In this document: positions 28,827 through 39,130 of the stretch, one piece after another
Position numbering within the stretch: position 1 is the first letter of the stretch
Layout: each line of letters starts with the position of its first letter
Source: Simkaniaceae bacterium
GTDB lineage: Bacteria > Chlamydiota > Chlamydiia > Chlamydiales > Simkaniaceae
NCBI GenBank assembly: GCA_050248615.1
Contig: JBFWSA010000016.1
Span: 1 to 46,762, forward strand
Reading direction: 5' to 3'
DNA: 46,762 bases
The notes under the pieces: model-generated
The model's database searches: none
Told to the model about the DNA's origin: nothing
The model's input: the letters and a program-made list of their open reading frames with translations, nothing else
Program-made: the position numbers and the translations under genes

Positions 28827-30019
28827 CGACTTGTTTTTACAATCGCTTCGATTACATAGGCGCTATTTTCATCAGAAAGCCCTGTCAAATTAATACGCGA
28901 GCTTCCCGTGCAGTAAACGCCATACTCCTCCCTTAAGCGCTCCACTTGTTCTTTGTCTAATCCCAGCATGGAAAATAGACCCTGCCTCCTTTTTAAGAAG
29001 CTGAATCTCTCTTTACCAAATTGCCTAGCAAGAGCGTCTGCAAGCTCGCTTCGCATCTCTTCAATCCTTTGCCGCATATGATTGACCTCTCCGATCCACA
29101 TCTCTTTAAGACCTACATCTTGCAAAATCGTTGTGATGAGCCCTGCTCCATGCCTAGGGGGGTTAGAATAGTTGACACGCGCGAGTCTTTTGATCACACT
29201 TCCCACGTTTTGGCTGATCTGTTCATTTTTTAACAAGAGGGATAAACAACCGATCCTCTCTCCATAAAGACCAAAGTTTTTCGAGTAAGAGGCCGCTACA
29301 AACATCTCATGCCCCTTTTCGGCAAAGTGACGCACCGCCCAAACATCTTCATCAAGCCCGCGCCCAAAACCCTGATAGGCAAGATCAAAAAAGGGAATCA
29401 ATTTTCTTTTAAGAAAAAGAGAAGAGAGTTCTCTCCACTGAGACTGATTTAAATCACATCCCGTGGGATTGTGACAACATCCATGGAGAACAACGACACT
29501 TTTTTCTGGAATTTGTGAAAAGAAATTGAGCATTCTTTCGTAATCTATCGTATGGGTCTCAGAATTGTAATAGGGATACTCTTCAACAACCATTCCACAA
29601 GCTTCAAAAACACCCCAGTGATTGGGCCACGTCGGATTGGAGACATAAACATTCTTTGTCACTTCTCGCTTTAAAAACTCTCCACCCAAACGCAGTCCCC
29701 CTGTCCCTCCAAGGGTTTGAGCACCCAAAAGGGTCCCCTTAGCTTCTTTACAAAAAGCTTCTCCAAAAACTAACTCTTGAGAGGACTTAATAAACGTCTC
29801 TTGCCCTCCAATCGGCAAATAGGCCTTATCCTCCTCAACTCTCATGAGAATCTTCTCTGCCTCTTTAACGCTACGCAGGGTCGAAGTTTTAAGATCAGGA
29901 CCTCGATAAACACCGACAACTAAATCCACTTTTTTAGGGTTTTGATCTTTTTTAAACCGAGCTTCAAGCCCAAAAATCGGATCCGCAGGGAAAGGCTCAA
30001 CTGTTTCAAAAAAACTCAT
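28823..30019 (-). CDS. aspC: Aspartate/aromatic amino acid aminotransferase (class I)
   Basis: DPIFGL, GVYR, QTLGGTGGL, HGCCHNPTG, FDLAYQGFG, SYSKNFGLYGERIG. Start at MSFF. Confidence 0.92.
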   Translation of the reverse strand: MSFFETVEPFPADPIFGLEARFKKDQNPKKVDLVVGVYRGPDLKTSTLRSVKEAEKILMRVEEDKAYLPIGGQETFIKSSQELVFGEAFCKEAKGTLLGAQTLGGTGGLRLGGEFLKREVTKNVYVSNPTWPNHWGVFEACGMVVEEYPYYNSETHTIDYERMLNFFSQIPEKSVVVLHGCCHNPTGCDLNQSQWRELSSLFLKRKLIPFFDLAYQGFGRGLDEDVWAVRHFAEKGHEMFVAASYSKNFGLYGERIGCLSLLLKNEQISQNVGSVIKRLARVNYSNPPRHGAGLITTILQDVGLKEMWIGEVNHMRQRIEEMRSELADALARQFGKERFSFLKRRQGLFSMLGLDKEQVERLREEYGVYCTGSSRINLTGLSDENSAYVIEAIVKTSR

Positions 30020-30063
30020 GACAAATCCTCGTTTCACTTTAAAGGCATTAGTATAGGATCTCA

Positions 30064-30092
30064 TTGAAAAAAACTCCCGCAGAATCTAAAAT
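30064..30092 (+). promoter_or_regulatory. sigma66-type promoter of tRNA-Ala
   Basis: TTGAAA-17 nt-TAAAAT, 14 nt before the tRNA. Confidence 0.6.
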
Positions 30093-30106
30093 TACGGGAT
30101 TCACTT

Positions 30107-30179
30107 GGGGCGTTAGCTCAGTTGGTAGAGCGCAACAATGGCATTGTTGAGGCCAACGGTTCGACTCCGTTACGCTCCA
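30107..30179 (+). tRNA. tRNA-Ala (GGC)
   Basis: GGGGCGT/ACGCTCC acceptor stem with G3:U70, anticodon arm CAACA-atGGCat-TGTTG, GGTTCGACT T-loop. CCA not encoded. Confidence 0.97.
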
Positions 30180-30193
30180 AATCTTCTTTCCAT

Positions 30194-30961
30194 TTATTTC
30201 GTTGCACGAATCTGTATAAAAAACCCCCAATCGTCTGGAAAAAACTTGTGTAAAAATTTAGGGATTTTGTCTGTATCATACTGAGTAAGGATAGGATTTA
30301 TTTCTACTTTTGCAAACTGACAAAACATCTGTTTTAACTCAGAAACAGTGTAAGCCTTTGTCCCCAGGCTTTCTACATGATTCCAAATGACATCTTTAAA
30401 ACTTCTCCAAGGCTTTCCAGCAAACAAAGCATATTTAACCCAGAGTTTTAGCGTTTTTAAGGAGCGCCGTCCATATAGCATCCCCATAAATATCCCCCCC
30501 TTTTTTAATTCGCGATAGATTTCATTATTAATAAGCTGTGGGTTTTCAGAGTGGTGAATGACTCCCCAAGAATAAACCACATCAAAACTTTGATCTTCAT
30601 AGGGAAGTTTTTCTCCATCCAAGCGTTTTAATTGTGAAGATAAATGATAAGCTTCTAGCCGTTTTTGATTTGTCTTGATAGCAGCTTCTGTGAGATCAAC
30701 ACCAAAACACTCGGCACCTGCTCTAGCCCATTGCAAATGATCGGTCCCCGCTCCGACTCCCACTTCCAAAACTTTTTTTCCACGATGACGGGTAAACTGG
30801 GCGCATGAATGAATATAGGGTTCAACTCTATAGCGTTGCTTTTCAATTTTTTCAAAAAATTCTAGGGAGAATTTTTCTGTATCACCCGTGACAATTTTAG
30901 AACTACCACAAGGCTCTTTCTCCCAGAATTCACGGACTTTTGTATTTAAACTCTCTAGCAT
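30194..30961 (-). CDS. Class I SAM-dependent methyltransferase
   Basis: VLEVGVGAGTD, GVDLT, LPYEDQSFDVVYSWGVIHH. Confidence 0.9.
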   Translation of the reverse strand: MLESLNTKVREFWEKEPCGSSKIVTGDTEKFSLEFFEKIEKQRYRVEPYIHSCAQFTRHRGKKVLEVGVGAGTDHLQWARAGAECFGVDLTEAAIKTNQKRLEAYHLSSQLKRLDGEKLPYEDQSFDVVYSWGVIHHSENPQLINNEIYRELKKGGIFMGMLYGRRSLKTLKLWVKYALFAGKPWRSFKDVIWNHVESLGTKAYTVSELKQMFCQFAKVEINPILTQYDTDKIPKFLHKFFPDDWGFFIQIRATK

Positions 30962-31002
30962 TCAATCACTACTCTTTCACTTATAAATGATAAAACTTTT
31001 TC

Positions 31003-31998
31003 TTAAAATTCTACCAGGGCTTTTATCGTGACACCATAGAAGGTGAGATCATCAACATTTCTAACGATTTGAACCCTTTTTAACCCTTCAACCTCTATCA
31101 TCCGGTTTTGTCGAAAATAATACTCCGCTTCATACCCCAAAGTCACCCCCCAATGATACCAGTTTCCATAAACGTCCCATCCTAACCCGATTAAAAAGCT
31201 AACGTTCGCCGAGAAAAGATGGGAGTTTCCCTTCAAATTCACAAGATTTTCTCTATATTTGACTTCGAAATCCCCATAGAGAAGAGATCCTGTGACAGCG
31301 GTTAAAAAGCTAGCCCCATAAAGGAGATGCCACTGGAGGCGCCCTCCCAAACGGGGACCCATTCCTTGAAAACGACACCGATCTTTTACCTGCAGCTCGG
31401 AATAATAGATACCCTGCAGCTGGTCAATCCAGGCATTTCTGAGCCCCCAAAACGTTTCTATCCCAAAAAATCGACTCAAAAAAGAACTGCTTCTCAGTTC
31501 TAAATCGATGCAATCATAGTCGATCTTATAACGGGATTGGATCGAGTCTGTTGGAGATGTAAAGCGGCTTTTCAAATTGACATAACAGTCACTTGCATTA
31601 GCCTCTCTATCTTCCTTCCCAAAATGGGTATAGATCCCTGCTAGGTTCCATCCTAAAATAGGGAGACGTACTCCCACTCCGAATCGATAGCCAACACCAC
31701 AATCAAAACTCTGGCTTTCAACTTCCCCGCTCTGAGGAAGATCAAGAGCTTTTTGTGCCAGGGAATAGGCATATTCACTCCCCCCCACTTTGACATGCCA
31801 AAAAAGGGCCTCTCCAGAAAAAAAGAGACCAATCCACCCCTTTTGAAAAGTCTCAGGAGCAAAACTAGCCCCAAAAGTTCCTTCCGAAGTTTCTTCTCCT
31901 ACTTCTCCCATCTGAGCTTCTAAAGCAGTCACCCGCTCTTCGAGTTCTCCTGAAAAAAGGGGAAAGATAAATAAAATAAGCCACACTCTCCATCTCAT
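31003..31998 (-). CDS. Lpg1974/MOMP-like outer-membrane beta-barrel
   Basis: Signal peptide, LEERVTALEAQM coil, GEALFW, F.GMGPRLG, GYEAEY, terminal Phe. Confidence 0.8.
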   Translation of the reverse strand: MRWRVWLILFIFPLFSGELEERVTALEAQMGEVGEETSEGTFGASFAPETFQKGWIGLFFSGEALFWHVKVGGSEYAYSLAQKALDLPQSGEVESQSFDCGVGYRFGVGVRLPILGWNLAGIYTHFGKEDREANASDCYVNLKSRFTSPTDSIQSRYKIDYDCIDLELRSSSFLSRFFGIETFWGLRNAWIDQLQGIYYSELQVKDRCRFQGMGPRLGGRLQWHLLYGASFLTAVTGSLLYGDFEVKYRENLVNLKGNSHLFSANVSFLIGLGWDVYGNWYHWGVTLGYEAEYYFRQNRMIEVEGLKRVQIVRNVDDLTFYGVTIKALVEF

Positions 31999-32023
31999 GG
32001 AGAAAGTTTAACGTGGCCATTTC

Positions 32024-33127
32024 TTAAAAGTCTAGGCGCATACGAAAAGTGATTCCATAAAAGCTTAAGTCTTCAGCAAATCTTTTATAGTTGAGTCTTA
32101 CATTGAGTAAAGGAGAGAAACTCCAATCATCAGCTTCTAAACATTGATTTTCTCTCCAAAAATAGAGCACTTCATAGCCCACCTTAAGGGTCAGGTAGAA
32201 TTTTTCGTCGTTAAAGTAATCTCCCCATCCTAAGCCTAAAAACATTTGGGCAAAAGGGATAAAACGCCCCATTTTTCCCTTTAATCGGATATCCACGTCT
32301 TGGGTACTGGTGTTAGGTGAGGTCTTTTCTTTCTCTACTACATCAAAATAACAGTAAAGCAAGGAAGCTGCCATCTCATGCATCAAACGAAAGCCATAAC
32401 CCAAAAACCAATTCCCTTGAAATCCGACCCGCGGACCTATTCCATTAAAATCACATCGATTGTAAACCCTATAGAACTCTCCAAAAATCTGATCGGGTTG
32501 AAACGGGCTAAAAATAGACTTCACTTTGTGTTCTTGTAAAAGGCGTGTTCCTTTTAACCCCCAATGCATTTTTAAACTTAAGCGCTTACTGATAAAAAAC
32601 TCTCGCCCCATTTCTAAATCTAAGTTGAGGTACGTTAAGTCGAACGTTGACTTAGCCTGCTGATAAATCCCTCCAAAAAACCCGACTTCTGAAAGAAGGA
32701 TACTCGGAGGGTTTTTAAAGCACGCGTCGGTATCATGATTTTCATAGTAGGTAAAGTTTAAGTAGAGATCCCATCCATCGTGCGGCAAGTTCATTCCTAA
32801 ACCCAACCTCCCCCCAAAGTCCCAACCAAAACTATTCGATTTGATCGAACCTTTAATGGGAGGAGCTGGAGTACTTTTAGGCTCCGCAACAGTCAAGACA
32901 TAATCGGTTCCTCCGAGCTTTGTATCCCAATAGAGAATCTCCCCCGTGAAAAAAAAGCGCCCCTTTTTTACCTCAGGTTGCGCTGCTCGCATCTCCGCTC
33001 CAAATTTCCCTTTCGCATTGAGTTTCCCCACCTCTTTCATCTGAGCTTCTAGTTCTTCGACTCTATCACTAAGCGTTCCCAACAAGGGGAGACAACAAAG
33101 GGTTAATAGTCCTCCAATTTTCCACAC
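32024..33127 (-). CDS. Lpg1974/MOMP-like outer-membrane beta-barrel (tandem paralog)
   Basis: GEILYW, WDFGGRLGLG, DLEMGR, FNGIGPRVG, GYEVLYFW, ends RLDF. Confidence 0.85.
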   Translation of the reverse strand: MWKIGGLLTLCCLPLLGTLSDRVEELEAQMKEVGKLNAKGKFGAEMRAAQPEVKKGRFFFTGEILYWDTKLGGTDYVLTVAEPKSTPAPPIKGSIKSNSFGWDFGGRLGLGMNLPHDGWDLYLNFTYYENHDTDACFKNPPSILLSEVGFFGGIYQQAKSTFDLTYLNLDLEMGREFFISKRLSLKMHWGLKGTRLLQEHKVKSIFSPFQPDQIFGEFYRVYNRCDFNGIGPRVGFQGNWFLGYGFRLMHEMAASLLYCYFDVVEKEKTSPNTSTQDVDIRLKGKMGRFIPFAQMFLGLGWGDYFNDEKFYLTLKVGYEVLYFWRENQCLEADDWSFSPLLNVRLNYKRFAEDLSFYGITFRMRLDF

Positions 33128-33142
33128 GTTTTCACCACCCTT

Positions 33143-34123
33143 TTACATCACATGTTTTGCATAGTAAGTTGATCCTAGTAAAGCGGTATTATCGTTCAAT
33201 ACCACTCGAATCGGAATGCCCCCTAACAACTCCGAAAAACGCCCTTTTCCCTGAAATGAAGAGAGAAAATCTCCCCGTTTAATCGCCCCGAGTATCTTAG
33301 GAGCGATACCCCCCCCTATGAAAACCCCCCCTAATGCTAACATTTTTAGTGCTGTATTGCCGGCTTCAGAACCATAGATCGAAATAAAAATCTCCAAAGT
33401 GCGCACACAAGCTTTGGAGCGTCCACTCTCCCCTTTTTCTGAGATGAGTCGTGGGGAATCTCCCGATTGAATCTCTTTCAAAATCTCTAGATCTTCACTC
33501 TCCTTTTTTGTCTCTACAACAAACTGATAAACGTTATAAAGCCCGGGGCCTGATAAAATTCTTTCATAAGAAACATGCCCAAATTTTTTCCTCAAATATC
33601 TAAGGAGTTCATCCTCCAAAGCATTACGAGGAGCAAAATCAACATGTCCCCCTTCACATGCAAAAGGGGTATGTCTTTTTCCATCAAAAAAAATGCCCGC
33701 TTCTCCGAGCCCTGTTCCGGCAGAAATCATCGCTTGGTTTCCTTTGGCATCGGGATCTCCCGCATTTAGCACATAATATTCTTCTTCACTGAGCATATTC
33801 AGTCCGTAGGCATTAGCCTCTAAATCGTTGATCAAAGAGACCTTTTCAATGTGGAGTTCCTTTTCAAGGACATCGCAATCTACAAGCCAGGGAAGATTTG
33901 TTGCCTGACTCTTTCTTTTTTTTACGGGACCTGCAATCCCAAAACAAGCTTTAGAAATCTCATGACTTTCCCCTTTTAGAAATTCCTTCACGATTTGACG
34001 TAAGTTGGGATATTTCTGACTGGGATATTTTTGATCCTTCACACGCACCATTTTCCCTTTTTCTTCAACAACAAGTGAAAGGTGTGTTTTTGTCCCCCCA
34101 ATATCTCCCGCAAGATAGGCCAT
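33143..34123 (-). CDS. glk: Glucokinase
   Basis: LAGDIGGT, GIAGPV, TNLPW, INDLEA, AGTGLG, EGGHVDFAP, GGGIAPKI. Confidence 0.96.
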   Translation of the reverse strand: MAYLAGDIGGTKTHLSLVVEEKGKMVRVKDQKYPSQKYPNLRQIVKEFLKGESHEISKACFGIAGPVKKRKSQATNLPWLVDCDVLEKELHIEKVSLINDLEANAYGLNMLSEEEYYVLNAGDPDAKGNQAMISAGTGLGEAGIFFDGKRHTPFACEGGHVDFAPRNALEDELLRYLRKKFGHVSYERILSGPGLYNVYQFVVETKKESEDLEILKEIQSGDSPRLISEKGESGRSKACVRTLEIFISIYGSEAGNTALKMLALGGVFIGGGIAPKILGAIKRGDFLSSFQGKGRFSELLGGIPIRVVLNDNTALLGSTYYAKHVM

Positions 34124-34267
34124 ATGATCTCCTCAAGCTACCAATTCCTCATTAGCAGAAAAAATTGCTTTCTGTCATGAAAATTTTGTAGAAACTCTCC
34201 TTACTCACAAAATAAGATTCGTTGTATACTGGATCCATCCTGTTCATAGAAAAGAAAGGTAGTATTT

Positions 34268-35296
34268 ATGTCAGATTCGAATCATGCAGCTAAGAAAAAA
34301 GCTTTAGAACTTGCCATTGCGCATATTGAAAAACAATTTGGGGAAGGTTCCATTATGTCTCTTGGAGCGCATAGTGCAAAACGCTCCATCCAAACGATCA
34401 AAACAGGGGCGATTTCTCTTGATCTAGCTCTCGGTATTGGGGGCGTTCCTCGTGGCCGTGTCGTAGAAATTTATGGTCCTGAATCTTCAGGAAAATCGAC
34501 CCTAGCAACCCATATTGTTGCCAATTGTCAAAAAAATGGGGGGGTTGCTGCTTATATCGATGCAGAACACGCTTTAGACCCTGCTTATGCTTCAAAAATT
34601 GGTGTAAATCTAAACGACCTCATGATCTCTCAACCCGATTGCGGAGAAGATGCTCTCAACATTGCGGAAATGCTTGCCCGATCTAACGCAGTTGATGTGA
34701 TTGTGATTGATTCTGTTGCTGCTTTAGTTCCCAAATCAGAGCTTGAAGGGGAAATTGGAGACTCACATGTAGGACTCCAAGCAAGACTCATGTCTCAAGC
34801 CCTACGTAAACTGACCTCAACCCTTTCCAAAAGTAATACCTGCGCCATTTTTATCAACCAAATCCGAGAAAAAGTAGGGGTGATGTTTGGAAACCCAGAA
34901 ACTACTTCTGGGGGACGAGCTCTGAAGTTTTATTCTTCTATCCGCTTGGACATTCGACGGATTGCAGGAATTAAAGGGGCTGATAACAATGATATCGGAA
35001 ACCGTGTGAAAGTTAAAGTTGTCAAAAACAAAATGGCTCCCCCTTTCCGTGTTGCAGAATTCGATATCCTCTTCAATGAAGGAATCTCTCGGATGGGTTC
35101 TCTCATTGACTTAGGGGTTGAAATGGGTGTGATTGATAAAAAAGGGACTTGGTATAGCTTTGGCGAGAAAAGACTCGGTCAGGGAAAAGAAGCCACACGA
35201 GAAGAACTTAAAAACAACCTTGAGCTTGCGGAAGAGATTGAAACGCTCATCATGGAAAAAGTCCAACCGATGCCTCAAGAGCCTGCTTTAGCATAA
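34268..35296 (+). CDS. recA: Recombinase A
   Basis: [41 protein letters not shown]. Confidence 0.99.
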   Translation: MSDSNHAAKKKALELAIAHIEKQFGEGSIMSLGAHSAKRSIQTIKTGAISLDLALGIGGVPRGRVVEIYGPESSGKSTLATHIVANCQKNGGVAAYIDAEHALDPAYASKIGVNLNDLMISQPDCGEDALNIAEMLARSNAVDVIVIDSVAALVPKSELEGEIGDSHVGLQARLMSQALRKLTSTLSKSNTCAIFINQIREKVGVMFGNPETTSGGRALKFYSSIRLDIRRIAGIKGADNNDIGNRVKVKVVKNKMAPPFRVAEFDILFNEGISRMGSLIDLGVEMGVIDKKGTWYSFGEKRLGQGKEATREELKNNLELAEEIETLIMEKVQPMPQEPALA

Positions 35297-36171
35297 TAAA
35301 CAAGTAATTCTATCGTTTGCTCAAACTCGGGTGTCATTAGCCCGAGTTTTTTTATCTTCTGAGTAAAGCTTTCAATTTCATCTTCAAAACGGATTAAAGC
35401 GCCCTCCTTTCCAATAGAGTGGGCGATGTTGAGGGAATCCCTTTCATCCTGCTCTAAATCTTGCAAATCGTCAGCAATCTGAAAAGCCATTCCTAAATGA
35501 TAAGCCATATCACGCACCCGATCTACAACACTCAAGTCCCCTCCTCCAAAAACCCACCCAAAAACAAAAGCAATCTCAAAAAGAGTCACTGTTTTTTTAT
35601 AGATCACATCCAAAATTTCTTCTAAAGAGTTGTCTTTGGGGAATAGATCTTTAAATTGCCCACCCGTTGCACCTGAAATTCCAGCGCAGCGTGTCGCGCT
35701 ATCTAGTGCAATGACACACGTCTCATTGGCTCGTTCACAAAAAGGTTTTTTTTGTTTCGATAAAACAAGAACACTTTGAAAAATCTTTTCATATCCTGCT
35801 GATATCAACGCATAGCTGGCAAGGAGGGCGACCGTTTCTCCATAAATTTTGTGTAAAGCTGGTTTACTTCTCCGATAATCATCATTATCCATACAAGGAA
35901 GATCATCTGCAATGAGAGAAGCTGTATGAAAATACTCCACTGAAATAGCGGCTTCGAGAACCGTTAACTGATGATCTAATGCTTGAGCAGTCATCATCAC
36001 GATGAGTGGGCGTATTCTTTTCCCCCCATTCAAGAGCGCATACTCACAAGCATCGCGCAGTTTATTCTGATCCCCCAATTGAGTAATACTCTCTTTTAAA
36101 AAGCATTCAAACATCTCTTTTAAAGGCTTAAGAAGAGAGGTGTTGGGCTTGAGGAGGTTTTTGATTATCAT
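35275..36171 (-). CDS. ispA: Geranyl/farnesyl diphosphate synthase
   Basis: [33 protein letters not shown]. Confidence 0.92.
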   Translation of the reverse strand: MIIKNLLKPNTSLLKPLKEMFECFLKESITQLGDQNKLRDACEYALLNGGKRIRPLIVMMTAQALDHQLTVLEAAISVEYFHTASLIADDLPCMDNDDYRRSKPALHKIYGETVALLASYALISAGYEKIFQSVLVLSKQKKPFCERANETCVIALDSATRCAGISGATGGQFKDLFPKDNSLEEILDVIYKKTVTLFEIAFVFGWVFGGGDLSVVDRVRDMAYHLGMAFQIADDLQDLEQDERDSLNIAHSIGKEGALIRFEDEIESFTQKIKKLGLMTPEFEQTIELLVYYAKAGS

Positions 36172-36808
36172 GAATAAACCTAAGATTTGAATTTTGTATC
36201 GAAGTGCAGGGTCTTGAAAATGTTTTTTTGCGTAATAACACTCCTGGATTAGTCACACTATTGCACCCTAATTGAGAGTGATCTCCAATAATCGCTCCCA
36301 ACTTATTCATCCCTGTATCAAAGCGTTTTCCCTCCACCTCTACTTTGATCTCTCCATGATCGAGTCGAAAGTTTGCACAAATGACTCCCGCACCCAAATT
36401 AACATGATTTCCCAAAATAGAGTCTCCCACATAATTAAAATGGGGAGCTGCTGCACGATCAAGTAAAATAGAATGCTTAAGTTCCGATGCATGACCTAAA
36501 ACACAGTGATTTCCCGTAAGGACAAAAGGACGCACATAAGCTCCCTGCCGCACTTGACAATTTTCTCCAATAAAACAGGGCCCTTCAAGGTAAGCACCTG
36601 GTTCAACAACCGTCCCTTTTCCAATAGAAATTTCTTGAGGATTAATTAACGTTACTGAGGAGGGGATTTTGCAATCGATTTTACCAAGAGAGAGTGTGTT
36701 GAAATATTTTTTTAAATTTTTCAGTGTTTCCCAAATAGGTTCCTTTTTTAAAAGGAGATCTTGATGAAAAAAAGTGTTCAAGTCGAAAAATAGGTCTGGC
36801 AAAAACAT
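36128..36808 (-). CDS. glmU: GlmU-like left-handed beta-helix acetyltransferase (no uridyltransferase domain)
   Basis: Hexapeptide repeats, HFNYVGDSILG, LGAGVICAN, KLGAIIGD. Sits upstream of ispA as in Chlamydia. Confidence 0.7.
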   Translation of the reverse strand: MFLPDLFFDLNTFFHQDLLLKKEPIWETLKNLKKYFNTLSLGKIDCKIPSSVTLINPQEISIGKGTVVEPGAYLEGPCFIGENCQVRQGAYVRPFVLTGNHCVLGHASELKHSILLDRAAAPHFNYVGDSILGNHVNLGAGVICANFRLDHGEIKVEVEGKRFDTGMNKLGAIIGDHSQLGCNSVTNPGVLLRKKTFSRPCTSIQNSNLRFIHDNQKPPQAQHLSS

Positions 36809-36869
36809 GCAAAATACCACATGAGTAAAGAGAAAAAAGAATAATAGATCTTAGTAATTTTCTTCATCT

Positions 36870-37035
36870 TCTTCTGCTGTGGATTTGTTGATAACCTCTC
36901 TTTTTCATAGAGGGAAAGGTGTGTTCATAATACGTTGATAGACTCTAAAAATTGTAGATGATTGTTAAAAAACCCCTCCGTTAACATTTTATCAACACGG
37001 ATTTGACACTCCATAAACAACTTTTTCCACAAAAA
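36870..37035. other. Putative chromosomal replication origin (oriC), DnaA-box cluster
   Basis: TTTTCCACA (37023-37031), TTATCAACA (36989-36997 +; 36886-36894 -), and weaker boxes at 36878, 36922, 36953 and 36963. AT-rich flank at 36820-36870. Confidence 0.7.
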
Positions 37036-37039
37036 AGAA

Positions 37040-37114
37040 TCTGGGTGAGAGGATTCGAACCTCCGACCCCTTGCACCCCATGCAAGTGCGCTGGCCAAGC
37101 TGCGCTACACCCAG
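37040..37114 (-). tRNA. tRNA-Pro (GGG)
   Basis: Minus strand CTGGGTG...CACCCAG-A acceptor, anticodon arm CTTGC-atGGGgt-GCAAG, GGTTCGAAT. Confidence 0.97.
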
Positions 37115-37125
37115 ATGGAAGGAAA

Positions 37126-37154
37126 AGCGTAATGAGGGGAAAGGTTTCTGTCAA
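37126..37154 (-). promoter_or_regulatory. sigma66-type promoter of tRNA-Pro
   Basis: TTGACA-17 nt-TACGCT on the minus strand, 11 nt before the tRNA. Confidence 0.65.
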
Positions 37155-37215
37155 TCGAGAACCTTGTAGGAAACTTTTTTTCATGGTAGTTTTGTACGAT
37201 TATAGGGGCTAAGCG

Positions 37216-37899
37216 ATGACAATGATGATTGAGAAAAGCTGGTTTGAAGTTCTTAAAGAAGAAATTCGAAAACCTTATATTCTTGAGCTTAAAAAATTTT
37301 TAGAATCTGAAAAGGAAAAAGGGGGAATCATTTTTCCTCCAGAAGAGCTTGTTTTTAATGCTTTTCGTCATACCCCTTATGATAAAGTAAAAGTCGTGAT
37401 TATGGGACAAGATCCCTATCATGGAGTGAATCAAGCTCATGGACTCTGCTTTAGTGTTCAAAAAGGGATCCCCATCCCCCCTTCTCTAAAGAATATCTAC
37501 AAAGAGCTGGAAGACGATTTAGGAATCTCTCCTCCCCCCCATGGTTGCTTAGAAAAATGGACGAAGGAAGGCGTATTGATGCTCAACGCAACCCTGACTG
37601 TCCGTAGTGGAGAGCCCAAATCCCATTATGGGCAAGGATGGGAGACATTTACCGATAGTGTGATCCGTTCTCTTTGTTTAAGAAAAGATCCTCTTGTTTT
37701 TATTTTATGGGGAAAATCTGCAAAGGAAAAATGTGAAAACATCTTAAACCTGATGGATCATCCTCATGCTATTTTGACTTCTGCTCACCCCTCTCCCTAT
37801 TCCGCTTTGAATTTCTTGGGGTGTCGTCATTTTTCCCAAACCAATGCCTTACTAAAAAAATGGGGGAAAGACCCGATAAACTGGGATTTGAATGAATAA
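37216..37899 (+). CDS. ung: Uracil-DNA glycosylase
   Basis: GQDPYH, AHGLCFSV, PPSLKNI, LNATLTV, HPSP. Confidence 0.97.
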   Translation: MTMMIEKSWFEVLKEEIRKPYILELKKFLESEKEKGGIIFPPEELVFNAFRHTPYDKVKVVIMGQDPYHGVNQAHGLCFSVQKGIPIPPSLKNIYKELEDDLGISPPPHGCLEKWTKEGVLMLNATLTVRSGEPKSHYGQGWETFTDSVIRSLCLRKDPLVFILWGKSAKEKCENILNLMDHPHAILTSAHPSPYSALNFLGCRHFSQTNALLKKWGKDPINWDLNE

Positions 37900-39130
37900 A
37901 GACGCTGTTAAACAAAAGACCTCTCTGTTCTCAGTATTTTTTACTTTTGCTGTAGACAATTTAGGAGCTACCATCGTCTTTCCTATTTTTGCCCCTCTTT
38001 TTCTCAATTCTTCTCAAAAGCTATTTGGACCTGATATCCCCATGTCCTACAAGACCACAATGCTAGGAATTTTCTTAGGGATTTACCCTTTAATGCAGTT
38101 CATTTTTTCTCCGATATTGGGAGAATATGCCGATCACCATGGAAGGAAACGGGCCCTTCTTTTAACGACATTTTTAACTTTTATCGGATATTTAATGAGT
38201 GCGTGGAGCATTCATCATCACACGTTGATCGGGATTTTTATCTCCCGTTTAATCATGGGAATTGGAGCGGGAAATCTTTCTATTTGTCTTTCGACTCTTT
38301 CTGATTTGAGTCCTGGACCACGAAAAAAAGAGCGTTACTTTAGTTACGGATCGGCTATTGCGGGTTTTACATTTATTTTAGGTCCTTTTGTGGGAGGAAA
38401 GCTTTCTGACCCCACAATCAATCCTCTTTTTTCTGCAGCGTTTCCCATGCTCATTGGGGGGATTTTAGGAATTGCCAATGTTCTCTTTATTCTGTTTGCT
38501 TTTGCTGAAACTTTAGAAAGAAAATCGACAACCCCCTTTGATTTTATTAAAGGAATTCACAACATTCAAATGGCACTTAAAACAGAAACCATTCGTCCCC
38601 TCTATCTTATTTATTTTTTCTACTTATTTTCTTGGAATATCATTTTTCTTTTTGTTCCTGCGTTTGTTGTTCAAAATTTTCACTTAAGTAATTCTCGAAT
38701 TGGAGATATTTGCGCAATTTTGGGCGTTTGTTGGATTTTTGGAACAGGAGTTCTTCATCGCATTTTGAATCGCACCCTCTCTTCAAAAGGGATTTTACTG
38801 GGATCCTTTGTTTTCTTTGCTGCAATGGTTGTTTTTGTTCCCTATCCACATCATCTCCATACGTTTCTTTATATCATTGGAGGGTGTACGATTCTTTCTG
38901 GCCTTATTTGGCCCCTTTGTACAGGGGCGATCTCTAATGCTGCCCCCTCACAAATTCAAGGGAAGGTCATGGGGCTAAGTCAGTCGATGCTTTCACTCAC
39001 CATGCTGTTGGCTTCGTTATTAGGGGGGGTGTTTCTTCATGCTCATTCGATGGTTCCCTTTGTGTTTTCTAGCCTTTCTGTTCTGATTGCTGCTGCCCTT
39101 TTACTTAAAACAAAACTGATCTCAAAATGA
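37892..39130 (+). CDS. MFS transporter (TetA/DHA1-like)
   Basis: Motif A GEYADHHGRK, motif C GFTFILGPFVGG, about 12 TM segments. Confidence 0.9.
   Translation: MNKDAVKQKTSLFSVFFTFAVDNLGATIVFPIFAPLFLNSSQKLFGPDIPMSYKTTMLGIFLGIYPLMQFIFSPILGEYADHHGRKRALLLTTFLTFIGYLMSAWSIHHHTLIGIFISRLIMGIGAGNLSICLSTLSDLSPGPRKKERYFSYGSAIAGFTFILGPFVGGKLSDPTINPLFSAAFPMLIGGILGIANVLFILFAFAETLERKSTTPFDFIKGIHNIQMALKTETIRPLYLIYFFYLFSWNIIFLFVPAFVVQNFHLSNSRIGDICAILGVCWIFGTGVLHRILNRTLSSKGILLGSFVFFAAMVVFVPYPHHLHTFLYIIGGCTILSGLIWPLCTGAISNAAPSQIQGKVMGLSQSMLSLTMLLASLLGGVFLHAHSMVPFVFSSLSVLIAAALLLKTKLISK

Noticed and set aside
30048..30230. 60-aa ORF
   Set aside because: Antisense shadow of tRNA-Ala.
30107..31003. tRNA-Ala-anchored genomic island carrying the methyltransferase
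   Set aside because: No integrase and no duplicated tRNA 3' end found nearby. Proximity alone is insufficient.
34124..34267. SOS/LexA box upstream of recA
   Set aside because: No recognisable palindromic LexA site, and Chlamydiae are not known to have LexA.
36981..37212. 67-aa and 69-aa ORFs
   Set aside because: They overlap tRNA-Pro and the origin region and are spurious translations.
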